Origin: Ptychomitrium polyphyllum
Taxonomy: Eukaryota
DNA: 64,000 nucleotides
Direction: 5' to 3'
Assembly: GCA_973851085.1 (NCBI GenBank)
Contig: OZ316775.1
Location: forward strand, 9,300,001-9,364,000
Under the pieces are notes generated by a model. That model worked only from the letters and a program-made list of their open reading frames with translations. It was not told the DNA's origin and made no database searches. A program made the translations under genes and the position numbers. This document shows positions 1-11,082 of this stretch, piece after piece. Each line of letters begins with the position of its first letter. Position 1 is the stretch's first letter.

Positions 1-1394
1 TTGTAAAATTTAAAACTTGTTTAAGCAAATTAGTGGCAGCTAAAAGTCCAGCGCTTTCAAGAGGTAATTTTTTCTACTACTATGGGTAATTTAAATCCAA
101 AATTTAGTATAGATAAAGAAGAATTATCTTTTAAAAAAGCATGCATTTTTGTAATAGCATTTGTAAATAATTTAATAATCTTTCATACATTTTTTTTGCT
201 AATAGATTTTTTGAATAATTTTGAAATTGTCTTATTTTGAATTATAATTTAGACAAAATACAGGAAAAGTTGTTGAAGATTCATGAAAGTTTTTATAATA
301 AATATTCCTAAATATCTTGTTGATGTTATTTAGTTGAATACCAATTGTACTATGACAATTGGCAAGGAAATATCATAGTAATTTTTCTATCTTTAATATT
401 ATGTTTATTGCTGATATCATAATACAATTAGTTTTAGCCATTTTTTGCTATCTTTTTTTACAATTTCATGTTTTCTTTTGCATGGTTTTGTATTCTTTGA
501 TAAAATTAAACTAAGGTGAGTAACTTTAAAATTATATTAAAATTAAAAAATTCCAATAAGAAATTATTAATGAAAAGTGCAAAGTTTTTGGTATGCAATT
601 GTATAAAATCCATTTGTTAGTTTTACAAGTTATTTAAAAAAATAGTGGAAAATTTTATTTCATGATTTTATAATAGGACTTCTTATACAACTTTAGAATC
701 AATTTAGAAAAAAATATATTTTGTTAATTCTCAAATACATCATGATTTGAACTACTAAATTAAAATTTTAAAGCCTTCATTTACTTGTCTCCTTCCATTT
801 GTACTGTATATTCATAATTGACATATTCTATATAGGACTTAAACAAAAAATTTACAACTTAATGTAATTTTTTAGCAAAGAATGAAATTTAGAATTCTAG
901 AAGGCTAAAGATATTTTGTAGCTAATACATGGACACAAAATGTATGTGGATTCGAGCTTCTAAGATCGAATTCTATGATTTTGTATTTTTATTTCATTGA
1001 AGTTTCTTTTTCAATATAATCAGCTTTATAACTTCTTACCTACTTTTGTCTACTTCAATACTCATTTAAAGAAAATCTTTGCTATTGCCTACATCAAAGA
1101 TTATTTTAGCATCTTGTTTTGATCTTATTAGAGGCATCTTCACATTCTCTTATCAGACATCATTTCTATAAGCTCAAAGCATACTTGTTTCTAAGAATAC
1201 AGAGTGTAGGAGGGTCCCAAAGATGATGCCTACAAAGAAGCAAGCCCTTAAGGCTGCACCCGAATGACATGCTAATTTGTGGGAATGCAGTGGGGAGCTC
1301 GTACCCCAACACAAAAACAAACAAGGAAATCCATAGATGCTTCCAAAGTTCCCAAACAATCCACCTTATCCGGCCACATTTTTTCCAGGTCATG

Positions 1395-1462
1395 CGCGCC
1401 ACATGTCGTTCTCGCATAGCGCCACCTGTCGTCGTCATCGCATAGCACCACTTGTCACACGT
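1395..1462 (+). promoter_or_regulatory. Cluster of ABRE/E-box-like motifs upstream of the dehydrin
   Basis: Three imperfect copies of CCAC(A/C/T)TGTC, two preceded by CGCATAGC, plus CACGTT, about 350-400 nt before the dehydrin ATG. They resemble the reverse complement of ABRE GACACGTGG. Confidence 0.4.
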
Positions 1463-1804
1463 TATCCTCGTGCAGAATTTAGTGTTAATTTCTCATCGAC
1501 AACCAGATCGTTATTGGCCGCCTCCATCACGCCTATCTGAACATAAATTCCTCACAGATCCCCAAGCTATTCAGAAACATAACTACGGTCACAACGTACT
1601 ATTCACAGCGCACCCCAGATACTGTAGAGAAAAGCTGTCAGTTTTCAGATTTTTACAACTTGGTCTGGATCGAGTCGAACACTTCTTACACATCGTGAAT
1701 CATTGTTGTGCAGTGAGTCCATCGATTGAGGTGGAGAGACCATCGTTGTATTGATCTGCAAGCAAGAGTGTTGTGCTGTTGGTGTCTGTAAGATTGTTGG
1801 CGGG

Positions 1805-2740
1805 ATGGCGGACTACAACCAGCAGAGTGGGTACGTTGGGCAGGAGGAGCGGAGGCCGGTGTCCAGCTATAATGCGCACCAGGATGAGTTCGGTTTCAAG
1901 GAAGGGAACGATAACCCTGTTGGAGGAGGATATGGTGATCGGCAGAAGTTTCAGCAGGGCCTTGATCAAGGTCAGGGCTATGGGGGCGAGACAGGGGAGA
2001 CTTTTCAAGATGCGCCGGATCGGATGACCGGATATGGCGACACTGATAGCGGCGTTGGAGGTGAGTGCAATTCAACATGGTGTGGGTTGTTTCTTTTATA
2101 TGCTTTGAGTGAGTGAGTGAGTGAGTTTGGGGTGGAAGTTTGGACGAAGGTTTGGGGTTAGTTCTGGAGTTGATTGTGGGGGTGAGTGGCAGGTCCGAAG
2201 TCTGGGTATGGCGCTTCGAAGGAGGGCGCTGCGTTTGACCACCCTACGAGTGAGCAGACCCAGTTTGGGCTGAAGGGGAAGACGGGGTATGGCCATGAGG
2301 GGTCGGATCCGAGACTGGGAGAGACGGATACGAGTTCCTACAGCGCCGTTGATCCACTCGCGTCGGAATTTGATAATAAACCAAGGTCGAACACGGAGAC
2401 AGTTCCGGGTGGAGATGGATGGAGCGCTGAAGATACATGTATGTCTTCACAGCTCTTTGAACATCGTTGTTGTGTGCACGGGTTCGTGTTCTAGGTCAGA
2501 AGTCTATATCTTTTGTGAGTTTACCGATATGGTCTCTAAACTAACAAACATATGGTGTTCTTTGCAGCACGCACTCATGGTGCTAAGAAGGATGGACTGA
2601 TGGACAAAATCAAAGAGAAGCTGCCTGGAGAGCATCATACAGCCACGGGTGCGGATCCGAACGCGCCACCGAAGAAGGGAATGATGGAGAAGATCAAGGA
2701 GAAGTTGCCAGGACATCACGGCAGTGACTCTGGAATGTAA
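1805..2740 (+). CDS. DHN: Dehydrin (LEA group 2), 3 exons: 1805-2060, 2193-2438, 2568-2740
   Basis: Gly-rich hydrophilic protein starting MADYNQQSGY. Two K-segments (KKDGLMDKIKEKLPG, KKGMMEKIKEKLPG) in the last exon. GT-AG introns join the exons in frame. Confidence 0.92.
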
Positions 2741-3904
2741 ACGCATTTCGACAATCCTCAAGAAACTTGTCTGTCGCGAGTCTAGTTCTGTTGGCATCAT
2801 TTGTTTCTGCATTCAATCTTTTTGAAGGGGTTTACAGGAGAGATGGTCAGTTTAACAGCAAACAAGCTCGAACATGCTCCTGTGACGTAGGTAGCAAAAG
2901 GCTGGGACTTGTATTAAGGGACTACATCCGGTGTACAAATTGTGAACTTCGCGTTTGGAATAGAATTTTTTGTAAAATTGCTATGGCAGGTATAAGACTA
3001 TATATTTGGCTTTGTTTGCAATATTTGTTGAAGAATATGCATCTTATGATGTCATTTGCTAATATTGATGTGTGATATCAGAGTATTGTCTTGTGAGTTT
3101 GTAGCCATTTGTAAGATTTGCATTACTCTATGCATTGTGAAGGATTGTACTGACCTGTTAGTTGATCGTTGGACTATACAGTGAAGAATATTGTTCTTAG
3201 TAGCAACAACTAGAACATGGTGGGATATATGTATTCTATAATGTACAATTCAATTCTTGGTAGCAAGAGTTGCTGTCCAATGTTGCTTAGCTTCATTTTC
3301 AACCTAAAGAACTAGATCTCAAGGATTTTTTGTTTTTCTAGATCTTCGTCATGCATGTTTTCACTCCAAGTATTGAAGATAATTCATTGCGCTATCCAAT
3401 GCTTGGATTTAATTCCTTACTATCTATGTTTATAATTTATATGCTCTTTGAACTTTTGAAATTGATAACAAAAGTTCATTGTATAGTTTTGAACTATCTA
3501 TTGTTCTACAATAAGTATTTTATCTATATTGGTATTGGTATATAGTACTTCTTCTTTCTAAGCTTCTAAAAATTTATAATGTTTAATTTTATATTTGATG
3601 GAATATAGAAATGCATACTATGGTTCAAATGAGCAATTAAAAATTAATGATGTTGTAATATATACTTTATCAAAATAATTGTTAAAGGAGCATGTGAAAA
3701 TTTCAAATATAGAAGTAAAATTCACATGAATTATATCAAAAAAAAAAGATTTTAAAAATTAAATTATAATCTTGAAGAATAAATCAAGCTAGTAAAATCT
3801 TAATTTTTATGTATTACATCTATGAAAACGTAATTGATTTCCAATAGTTTTTTATAAATGAAAAAATAAAGTTTAAACTTTAAAATAAATGAAGAATTAT
3901 TTTT

Positions 3905-4330
3905 TTGATAGGACTTAGTAGCTTCACTAAACCAACCAAATAAAATTTAAAATGTCACATAATAAATATACAATCACTTAAAATGCATAAAATAACTATC
4001 TTGTATATAACCTATATTATTTAAGTTGTTTCTTTCCAAAATTATTACAAATTTATCTACTTCTTTTACTTATTACTACACGTAAAAAACAAATTTCCAT
4101 TAATGAAAATTATTAGGTAATTATGAAAACTCAATATTTAGTGGTGATATTTAATTATACTTTTTCATATGAATAGATATTATCAAAACGTTGAAATAAT
4201 TATTAGAGAAATTTGGCTTTTAATACTTCAAAGACGAGCATAATACACTGTGGAGATGAGAAACTGACAAATCTTTCATATATAACAAAAAGTCAATTTA
4301 GAATTTTTGAACACATGTCTATTAACTCCA
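3905..4330. repeat. AT-rich dispersed repeat, copy 1 (probable non-autonomous transposon fragment)
   Basis: Colinear similarity with 24570-24990, e.g. shared ATTATTAGGTAATTATGAA, TTCAAAGA(C/T)GAGCAT and AACACATGTCT. Confidence 0.7.
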
Positions 4331-4584
4331 ACAACACCTGCCCTCGCCATATCCTTAAGATAAAAAAACAAATACATGACAACTATATCCATGCACAGAG
4401 CGGGGTTGTCCTTTCTCTCAAAGAAATTACCAACTACGAATCATCTATAATCCATTTAGTCTTATAAACAGCACCAGTAGATGATGCAGGACTTCAGTAC
4501 AGCAACTTCTCGGATACGCGTCCCCAACGAAAGCGAATCTCAAAAATTCCCGAACCAGGGTATCAAACATTTCTGAATCTCACG

Positions 4585-6199
4585 GAGAGTTTGGAGCATG
4601 CGTTGAAGCGAGGAGCACCAATCGTGGCGGAATATCTGGGGGGTGCGGTGACGTGCGATGCATACCACATGACAGATCCCCGAGCCGATGGGTTGGGTGT
4701 TTCTACGTGTATTGAGAAAAGTTTGATAGATGCCGGTGTTGCCACTGAGGAGGTATCAATCTGCTTACTTTGTAGTGATGAATGTGGGACAGGCTCCTCA
4801 ACTTGAAGGCAATTGCTTACAGGGCTAGATGGCCATACATGGTGCACTTGCATGAAATGTGTGTAGCTGCAACTAACTTGTTCACGAAGTTGTGCTCTGG
4901 TAGGCTAGAGTTATTGAATGATATCTTAAAGGCATCTGAACCTACTTGATTTGTGGACATAGCCTGTTGGTATCGCTCCGGTTGAATGTGGATGGTGAAC
5001 TGGCAGGTCAACTATATCAACGCACATGCTACTTCGACAATCGTGGGCGATTTAGCTGAAGTGAACGCACTCAAGAAGGTCTTCAAGGACACCTCAGAGA
5101 TGAAAATGAATGCAACCAAGGTATTTGTGCTTTCTAATCTTCTGACGCGTATTTTCCTGGTTCTACAATGGGGTTGTCGCGGTTTTGATTTTTCAAGCAG
5201 TAATAATGCGGAGTTTCTAGAGGAGTTCAGATTTGCAGTCCTGGTTTGTAGAGCTTGATTGCAAAGATCGAGTGCTTGCCGCATGTCCGAGTTAATGTCT
5301 TCAGTCTTTAATGCAATTTGGGTGACTTGCTTAAATGTCTCAGAGTATGATTGGGCACTGCCTTGGAGCTGCTGGAGGTTTGGAAGCGATTGCTACCATC
5401 AAGGCTATTCAAACTGGATGGTTGCACCCATCGATTAATCAGTTTGTAAGTGCAGCTCCTGCAGGACGATTTCTAACTTCTGTAGAAACGTGCTGTTTGT
5501 TCTACCATGTCTGTAAACAAACGACTGGCTAATATCAGATCTGCTGAGCACTTTTTGTCTACAAACTGGAACTTGTTTATCAAGGGACGGTCATTACTGT
5601 GGTGTGCTCTTGAAAGCTTGAGGCAAGTGTGCCATTTTAGTGAATGCTAGTTCGGGTATAATGTATTACGTAGTTTCAATGGGCTCCTTGTCTTTATGGA
5701 AACTAAGAAGGCTTTGATTGGTCTCGGCTGTTACAGAACCCCGAGGAGGCGGTGACGTTTGACACAGTGCCAAATGTCAAGAAGCAGCACGAAGTAAATG
5801 TTGGTGAGTGTACACCTCTGATTGCCGTGTGTTCCTCTACTTCCGATTGGCATTGCGGTTTACGATGGTTGAGTTTCTGTTTGGACGAGCATACACGATG
5901 GTCTTCGTAGATTCTTGCTGTTTCATGAAGATCATGAAGCCTGTTGTTGACAAATTGCACTGAGGAGAGTCTGTATTGTGTTTTAGAAACGGGTCCTTGC
6001 TTCCCACGTAGGATGTTCAGAGTTGCCCTTTCTGCAAGTCTGACGATGACTTGCCACAACCAACTGATACCCATATCACTCTCTGCCTTTACACTTCACT
6101 TCTAACCCTTCATACTATTGTTATGTACCAGCTATTTCAAACTCGTTTGGCTTTGGTGGGCACAACTCCTGTGTCGTCTTTGCTCCTTACAGAGCTTGA
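4585..6199 (+). pseudogene. KASI: 5'-truncated plastid beta-ketoacyl-ACP synthase I; exons 4585-4752, 5007-5120, 5344-5445, 5737-5803, 6132-6199
   Basis: Spliced translation ESLEHALKRGAPIVAEYLGG...NYINAHATST...[12 protein letters not shown]...AISNSFGFGGHNSCVVFAPYRA* is the KAS C-terminal part. Upstream is unrelated sequence and an AT-rich repeat, with no N-terminal exons visible. Confidence 0.8.
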
Positions 6200-9100
6200 G
6201 GAATCATTCCATTTTTCCTGTTCCATAGGGTAGAATTTGGAAACATTCATGGTTATAGGTTCATTTATGTCATGTATCAGCATGAAGGAGGTCTAATCGA
6301 GGAGAGTTAGCTTCTCGAGTCACGGTCTATGGAACTTATTTTGTCTGAATTTGCCTGAGATTGACCAGTTTGTGAACAATTGGATAATCGGATATCATGC
6401 ATAGGTTACAATGTGAGTGCAAGTTGTCTAAGTAGTGGAGAGTTTTACCTGTGAGTACGAGCTGACATTTGGAAACCATGTCTACATTTTTTGATACCGG
6501 GCACACTATTTCACATAGTCTGGGGCCAGACGCTCCATTGTTAGGGTTTCGAAGGTGCTGTAATAAATGCGTCGTTATACATTACGAACTCCTGGAGTGC
6601 TGGTAAGTTTTAAGTTCACCTTTGAAAGTTGTGCTATCTGGTTCCCATTTTATTTGCACTTTGTGTCTATCTCGATTACTTTTTGAGCGTATCAGGTTGT
6701 GTTATGCTTCTGTATTGACTCGTGTCCAGTAACAGTAGTGCTAACCCTCTCATGGTGATGGTGTATCGTGAAAGGAAGTTCGTTCAGTAAAGCTGTAACA
6801 AACTAAACTGAGTAGAAGTTAAGAAAGTGTGATGTAAGTTCGGCTCCGCTGGTTGCATTGGGTTTCGTAACCTTCAGCTCGCATCACCTTCGAAGCAGCC
6901 AGCTATCCCAAACCTTGAATTCTAGGGTCGTTCGCAGCAACAAGGCAGCATGACATGGAGCCGAACAGTGCACCAAAAAGCTACATGAAAAGGACTCGCA
7001 CTGTAAATTGTTTTTGTCAGAAAGCCAAATGAAAGCTAACAACATCGCCCTGCATCCACTTACACTTGGAGAAAGTACAGAATGGCGATTCTTCTTTGGT
7101 TGCGTAGAGTACGTGCATATGCACTCTCCCCTCTACGTGGCCCCGGAACCCAAGTTCCGTTCAAGCTTGCCGGCCCCTGTTGTAGTTCACATGTGCCCCA
7201 GTCGAGTGGAGTGTTCTCCAGCGGAGAAGGTTGACACGCATAGATCTTGCACGCACTCACTTGTAATTGATTGGCATGTTTTCGGGAATTGGACCAGCAC
7301 ATTGAGTTGTCCACGCAGCACTGCGTGCCACTGGGCTAGTTTAGGATTAGGGTGTTCAGATCGTCGGCACACTGCTTTTGTTTGCAATCATTTGTGAACA
7401 ATCAACATTTACATGAACAGAGCATCTGACCGGCGTATGGCTGCGTTGAATTTCATGGAGGTTGTAGGACGAGGCTGAGAACTTCAAGGGTGAGTAAGTG
7501 TTGGTTGCCTACAAATGGGGGAGCACCATGTAGCGGGCTGGATTGCCACTACGAGCCAATGCTCATAGTGTGATTGCCACGTATTCCATGTCGTATGCAG
7601 AACAACAGCGTGCTGGCCGAATTATGAAGCAGTGGTCCATGCTCTTCGGGTGCAGGCTTCCCGAATTCGCGTGCTCATTTACACTCGGTCATTGTAGATG
7701 CATCCATATGCCAGCATTTGTCGATGAGATACTTTGGGTCTTCGTGTAGAAGTGCAGGCAATCTCGATAACTCAAGGCTTAGCGAAAGGGGGGAAGTTAG
7801 AGCACTTGGCACTGGTGCTGATTGTTGCTGTGTGACAAATTCATTTGACGGGTTCTGCAAGAAAGACTGCAACTTTCAACGGGCACTGTGGGGCTTCACA
7901 GGCACTGGGGATTCAGCTTGGACGCCGTTCAAAACAATGGCCTGCAACTTGTGAGCAGAGAAATCGTTACAGAGGAGGAGTCATCAGTAACTGTGACAAA
8001 CCGCCACAATGATATCCTGCAAACCTTATGCAAGCAAGCAAGCATGAATCTCCTCTCGTAAGGGTAGCTCAAATACTGGGTTCTAAAACCATAGAAACGG
8101 CTCGCCTCGTTCAAGAAGGGCGGCTTCTCAAAGTCGAAGAGCATCACGAGTTTCCGGTTATCGTTTCCTCGGCGAGTAGCTCACTTGCTCGTCACCGTGG
8201 TAGGGTTGTTCTTTTCTGAGCAAGAGGTTTGAAGTTTGAGTTGCCAGGCAGCTGGCCCTCTGCATTGTAATTTTCGGACCCTGAACGTGTAGAGATGGGA
8301 CCAGCTCGCAAGACGAGCGCGGCCACGTCTATCGCGTCGAACAAGGTGGTTGGCGGGTCGAAGACAATGTAGCGGACACGAGCGCGGGAGGAGGATGTTC
8401 GTGGCCGGCGCCATCATCGGGGATTAGTTTGGCACTTTGGTGCGGACATGAAGCTCAAATTCTACAGCTCTCTTCGGAGAGCGGCCTCGAAATGGAGGAG
8501 CTTGAGTGTGAAAGCTGCCTCTAGAGTCCTGCGGAGGTGGTTTCATCAGCACCAGTGCTTGCCGTCATGGCTCTGAGAGCAGCTGTAATGTAATTCCCGC
8601 TACGACTAATATTACCAGTTGTTGTAGTTGGAGCCGATGTTCTGGCAAACACAGGAGATGACCACACAAGTGACCTGAGATTGACTGGTTTAGAAAGGTA
8701 GAAGTTGAGAAGAACCTGAATTATATGCCGTAACAGCAACTTGCTAGACGATGATGACGCCTTCAATAGTACATCGTAGTCGGTTTCCAGCTCGATCCCA
8801 TTGATTTGGTTCGGTGATTTCCGCGAGCAGCTGGACATCAGCGCGTATAGCCTATATTGTTGCAGTGCTATGGTCTATCAAAACAATCACGACTTGAGTG
8901 TAAATTTGGAATCGGAAATGATTCGGTTTCGGATTGCGCAAGTAGAGGGCTGTTGTCCTTTGGATATTTCGCAAATTCACTCTGCCGTGTTGTTTGCGTT
9001 GGCAATAAGATTTCTTTCTGGCGATTTGACTTGTACAAAAGCTGGACGCTTATGCACAATGTGCTGAGATGCAGCGAGAGTTCGGCGATTTTTTGATTTG

Positions 9101-9584
9101 ATATCCGATTTGTGTAGATCAGGTGAATTGGAGTGATGTAAACCAATTTTGCTGCCTCATAAGATACTGAGGGCCCTCGTTTGAGTACATTGTTATAGGG
9201 AAGGCTTTCTGGTTTTGCAGAGTGAGGATCCCAGCAATGACTGGACTTTTGTGCCTTCTGATGCAAAGAGGATCATCGATCCCAGCATGGTTTTTTGAAG
9301 ATGGCTCCGTCCTATATGACACTGTGCTTATGCAACGATTCAGCTCGGGATATCAATGAGGTGTCTTCGCATGACTCTGCTGTCGACAGTAGCTGCGCAA
9401 TGAAGTTGTAGAACTTAACTTCCGATGGATGGGAGATATGCATCTGATCTTTTCCTCGTTTTCATAAAATTAAGGGGCGATTCAAATATTTGTCATTCAT
9501 CATGATGAAAGATGGTGCTTCAGGATTTTCCGATGCGGCTGTGATTCATGATGAGAAATGTTGAGCCGCGCAGAGAACAAGTCT

Positions 9585-10300
9585 TTTAGGGCCTGAGCCG
9601 CAGCAGGTGCGATACTTTTGAGCAGACCTCTCCAGCCATTTCTCCACGCGGTGCTAAGGACCACTGGAGACTCAGAGCTCCGTGCATCCAAGCTTTGCAA
9701 TCCGAGATGGTGAGGGTGTTCATTCCTTCTCGACCGGCGCATTTTTTGAAAGTCATATTAGAAGAACTGACAGTCGAGATGATTAGTGGTAATGATTTTC
9801 TTGGAAGGTCACTTCTGTTTTCTGACACTGATTCACTGCCTAGGACATATGTTTGGGAAGAGTGGACAGGTGGGGGACTGCAGTAATTTGAGAGAGTTGT
9901 TTACTCATATCACATGTAAATCCTTAACTTGGGACATAGCTGTTGCAGTACGGAATCCTATTGTACCTCTGAAAAGTTGACCCACCTCTTCTGATTAAAG
10001 CTAGACTATGACTGTCGCGGACAAGCCACTTCACCGTACAATTGTCGAAAAAGGCAGTGCCGTCTCGGAGTATCCATTGTTATTATAGAACTCACAAGAT
10101 ACGCGCGGTGCGCTGCGAAGAGAGCGAGCCCTGCAGACAACAAGGCTTTTAGGGCCTGGGCACCAGCACGTGCGATACTTCTCAGCAGGCCTCTCCAGCC
10201 ATTTCTCCACGCGGTGCTAAGGACCTCTGGAGACTCAGAGCTCCGTGCATCCAATCCGAGATGGTGAGGGTGTTCATTCCTTCTCGACTGGCGCAAATTT
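9585..10300. repeat. Local direct duplication of about 160 bp (9585-9745 and 10146-10297)
   Basis: Shared core CCTCTCCAGCCATTTCTCCACGCGGTGCTAAGGACC..GGAGACTCAGAGCTCCGTGCATCCAA...TCCGAGATGGTGAGGGTGTTCATTCCTTCTCGAC, with a 9-nt indel between the copies. Confidence 0.9.
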
Positions 10301-11082
10301 TGGTGACAAGACTCGTAGTGAGCGAATCCTGTCTCGCGCAACCCCGTGTAGAGATTAGTTGGGTGTGAAAGTGTTGTTCTTGGTTGCACGGCAGCGGTAT
10401 TCTGAATGGCACGCTGAGAGTTACGTGAGTATGACTTCTTTCTTGTTTGTATATTTGCATTCAGCAGATCACCTCGGTCTACCTGTGTCACATATTCCAA
10501 AATGCTGTTGAGTTGGTGAGTTCTGTGAGACTGTTTTTGCTGGCTACATATGTCACCGAAATTGATCCGCTGGGAATTCTCTGTTCTTGCTCCAAATGTT
10601 TCTCACGTCCTGAAGGTGGACATCCAGTTCTGCGTTCGTCGGTGGCTTTACACTTTCTTGTTCAGTAGTCATGGAGAACCTTGAGTGTGGGATCAGTAAA
10701 CTGTGCACCTGAACTCCGAGTTTCTGGGCTAGCTTTGCAGAAAGTATGTAAAGAAAGTAGTGGAACGAAGTCACTAGAGTTTGAGAGTTTAAAGCATGCA
10801 TCAGACGTTACCAAGGTCTCTTGAAATTGTTGATCTCTTCGGGCTCTTTGAATTTCGTAGGATTTCATTTCGGCACTTCACATTGTTGTGATCGTTGTAC
10901 TAGGTGAAAGGGATGTATGATCTGAAAAGAAACGAAGCAACTGAGCAAGTGTTTAGGTCTAGCAGTGTTTGGAGCTCGGTTTGATCCTCATATTGAATCC
11001 TTCATTCTCTGGATTCAACTTCGTGTATATTTGGACTCGGCTCGCTTTAGCTTGAACTGATTGTCTTTACTTATCCAACGCC

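Noticed and set aside
1..1200. AT-rich stretches at the window start (also about 35200-36400 and 63550-64000)
   Set aside because: Possibly decayed transposon DNA, but no termini or coding motifs could be supported.
1751..1804. Upstream TTG/GTG-initiated extensions in the ORF track (also 26502 and 34291)
   Set aside because: Artefacts of prokaryote-style start calling; the eukaryotic ATG starts lie downstream.
8295..8390. Minus-strand peptide RVRYIVFDPPTTLFDAIDVAALV, reminiscent of retrotransposon gag
   Set aside because: Too short, with no other gag/pol motifs or LTR nearby.
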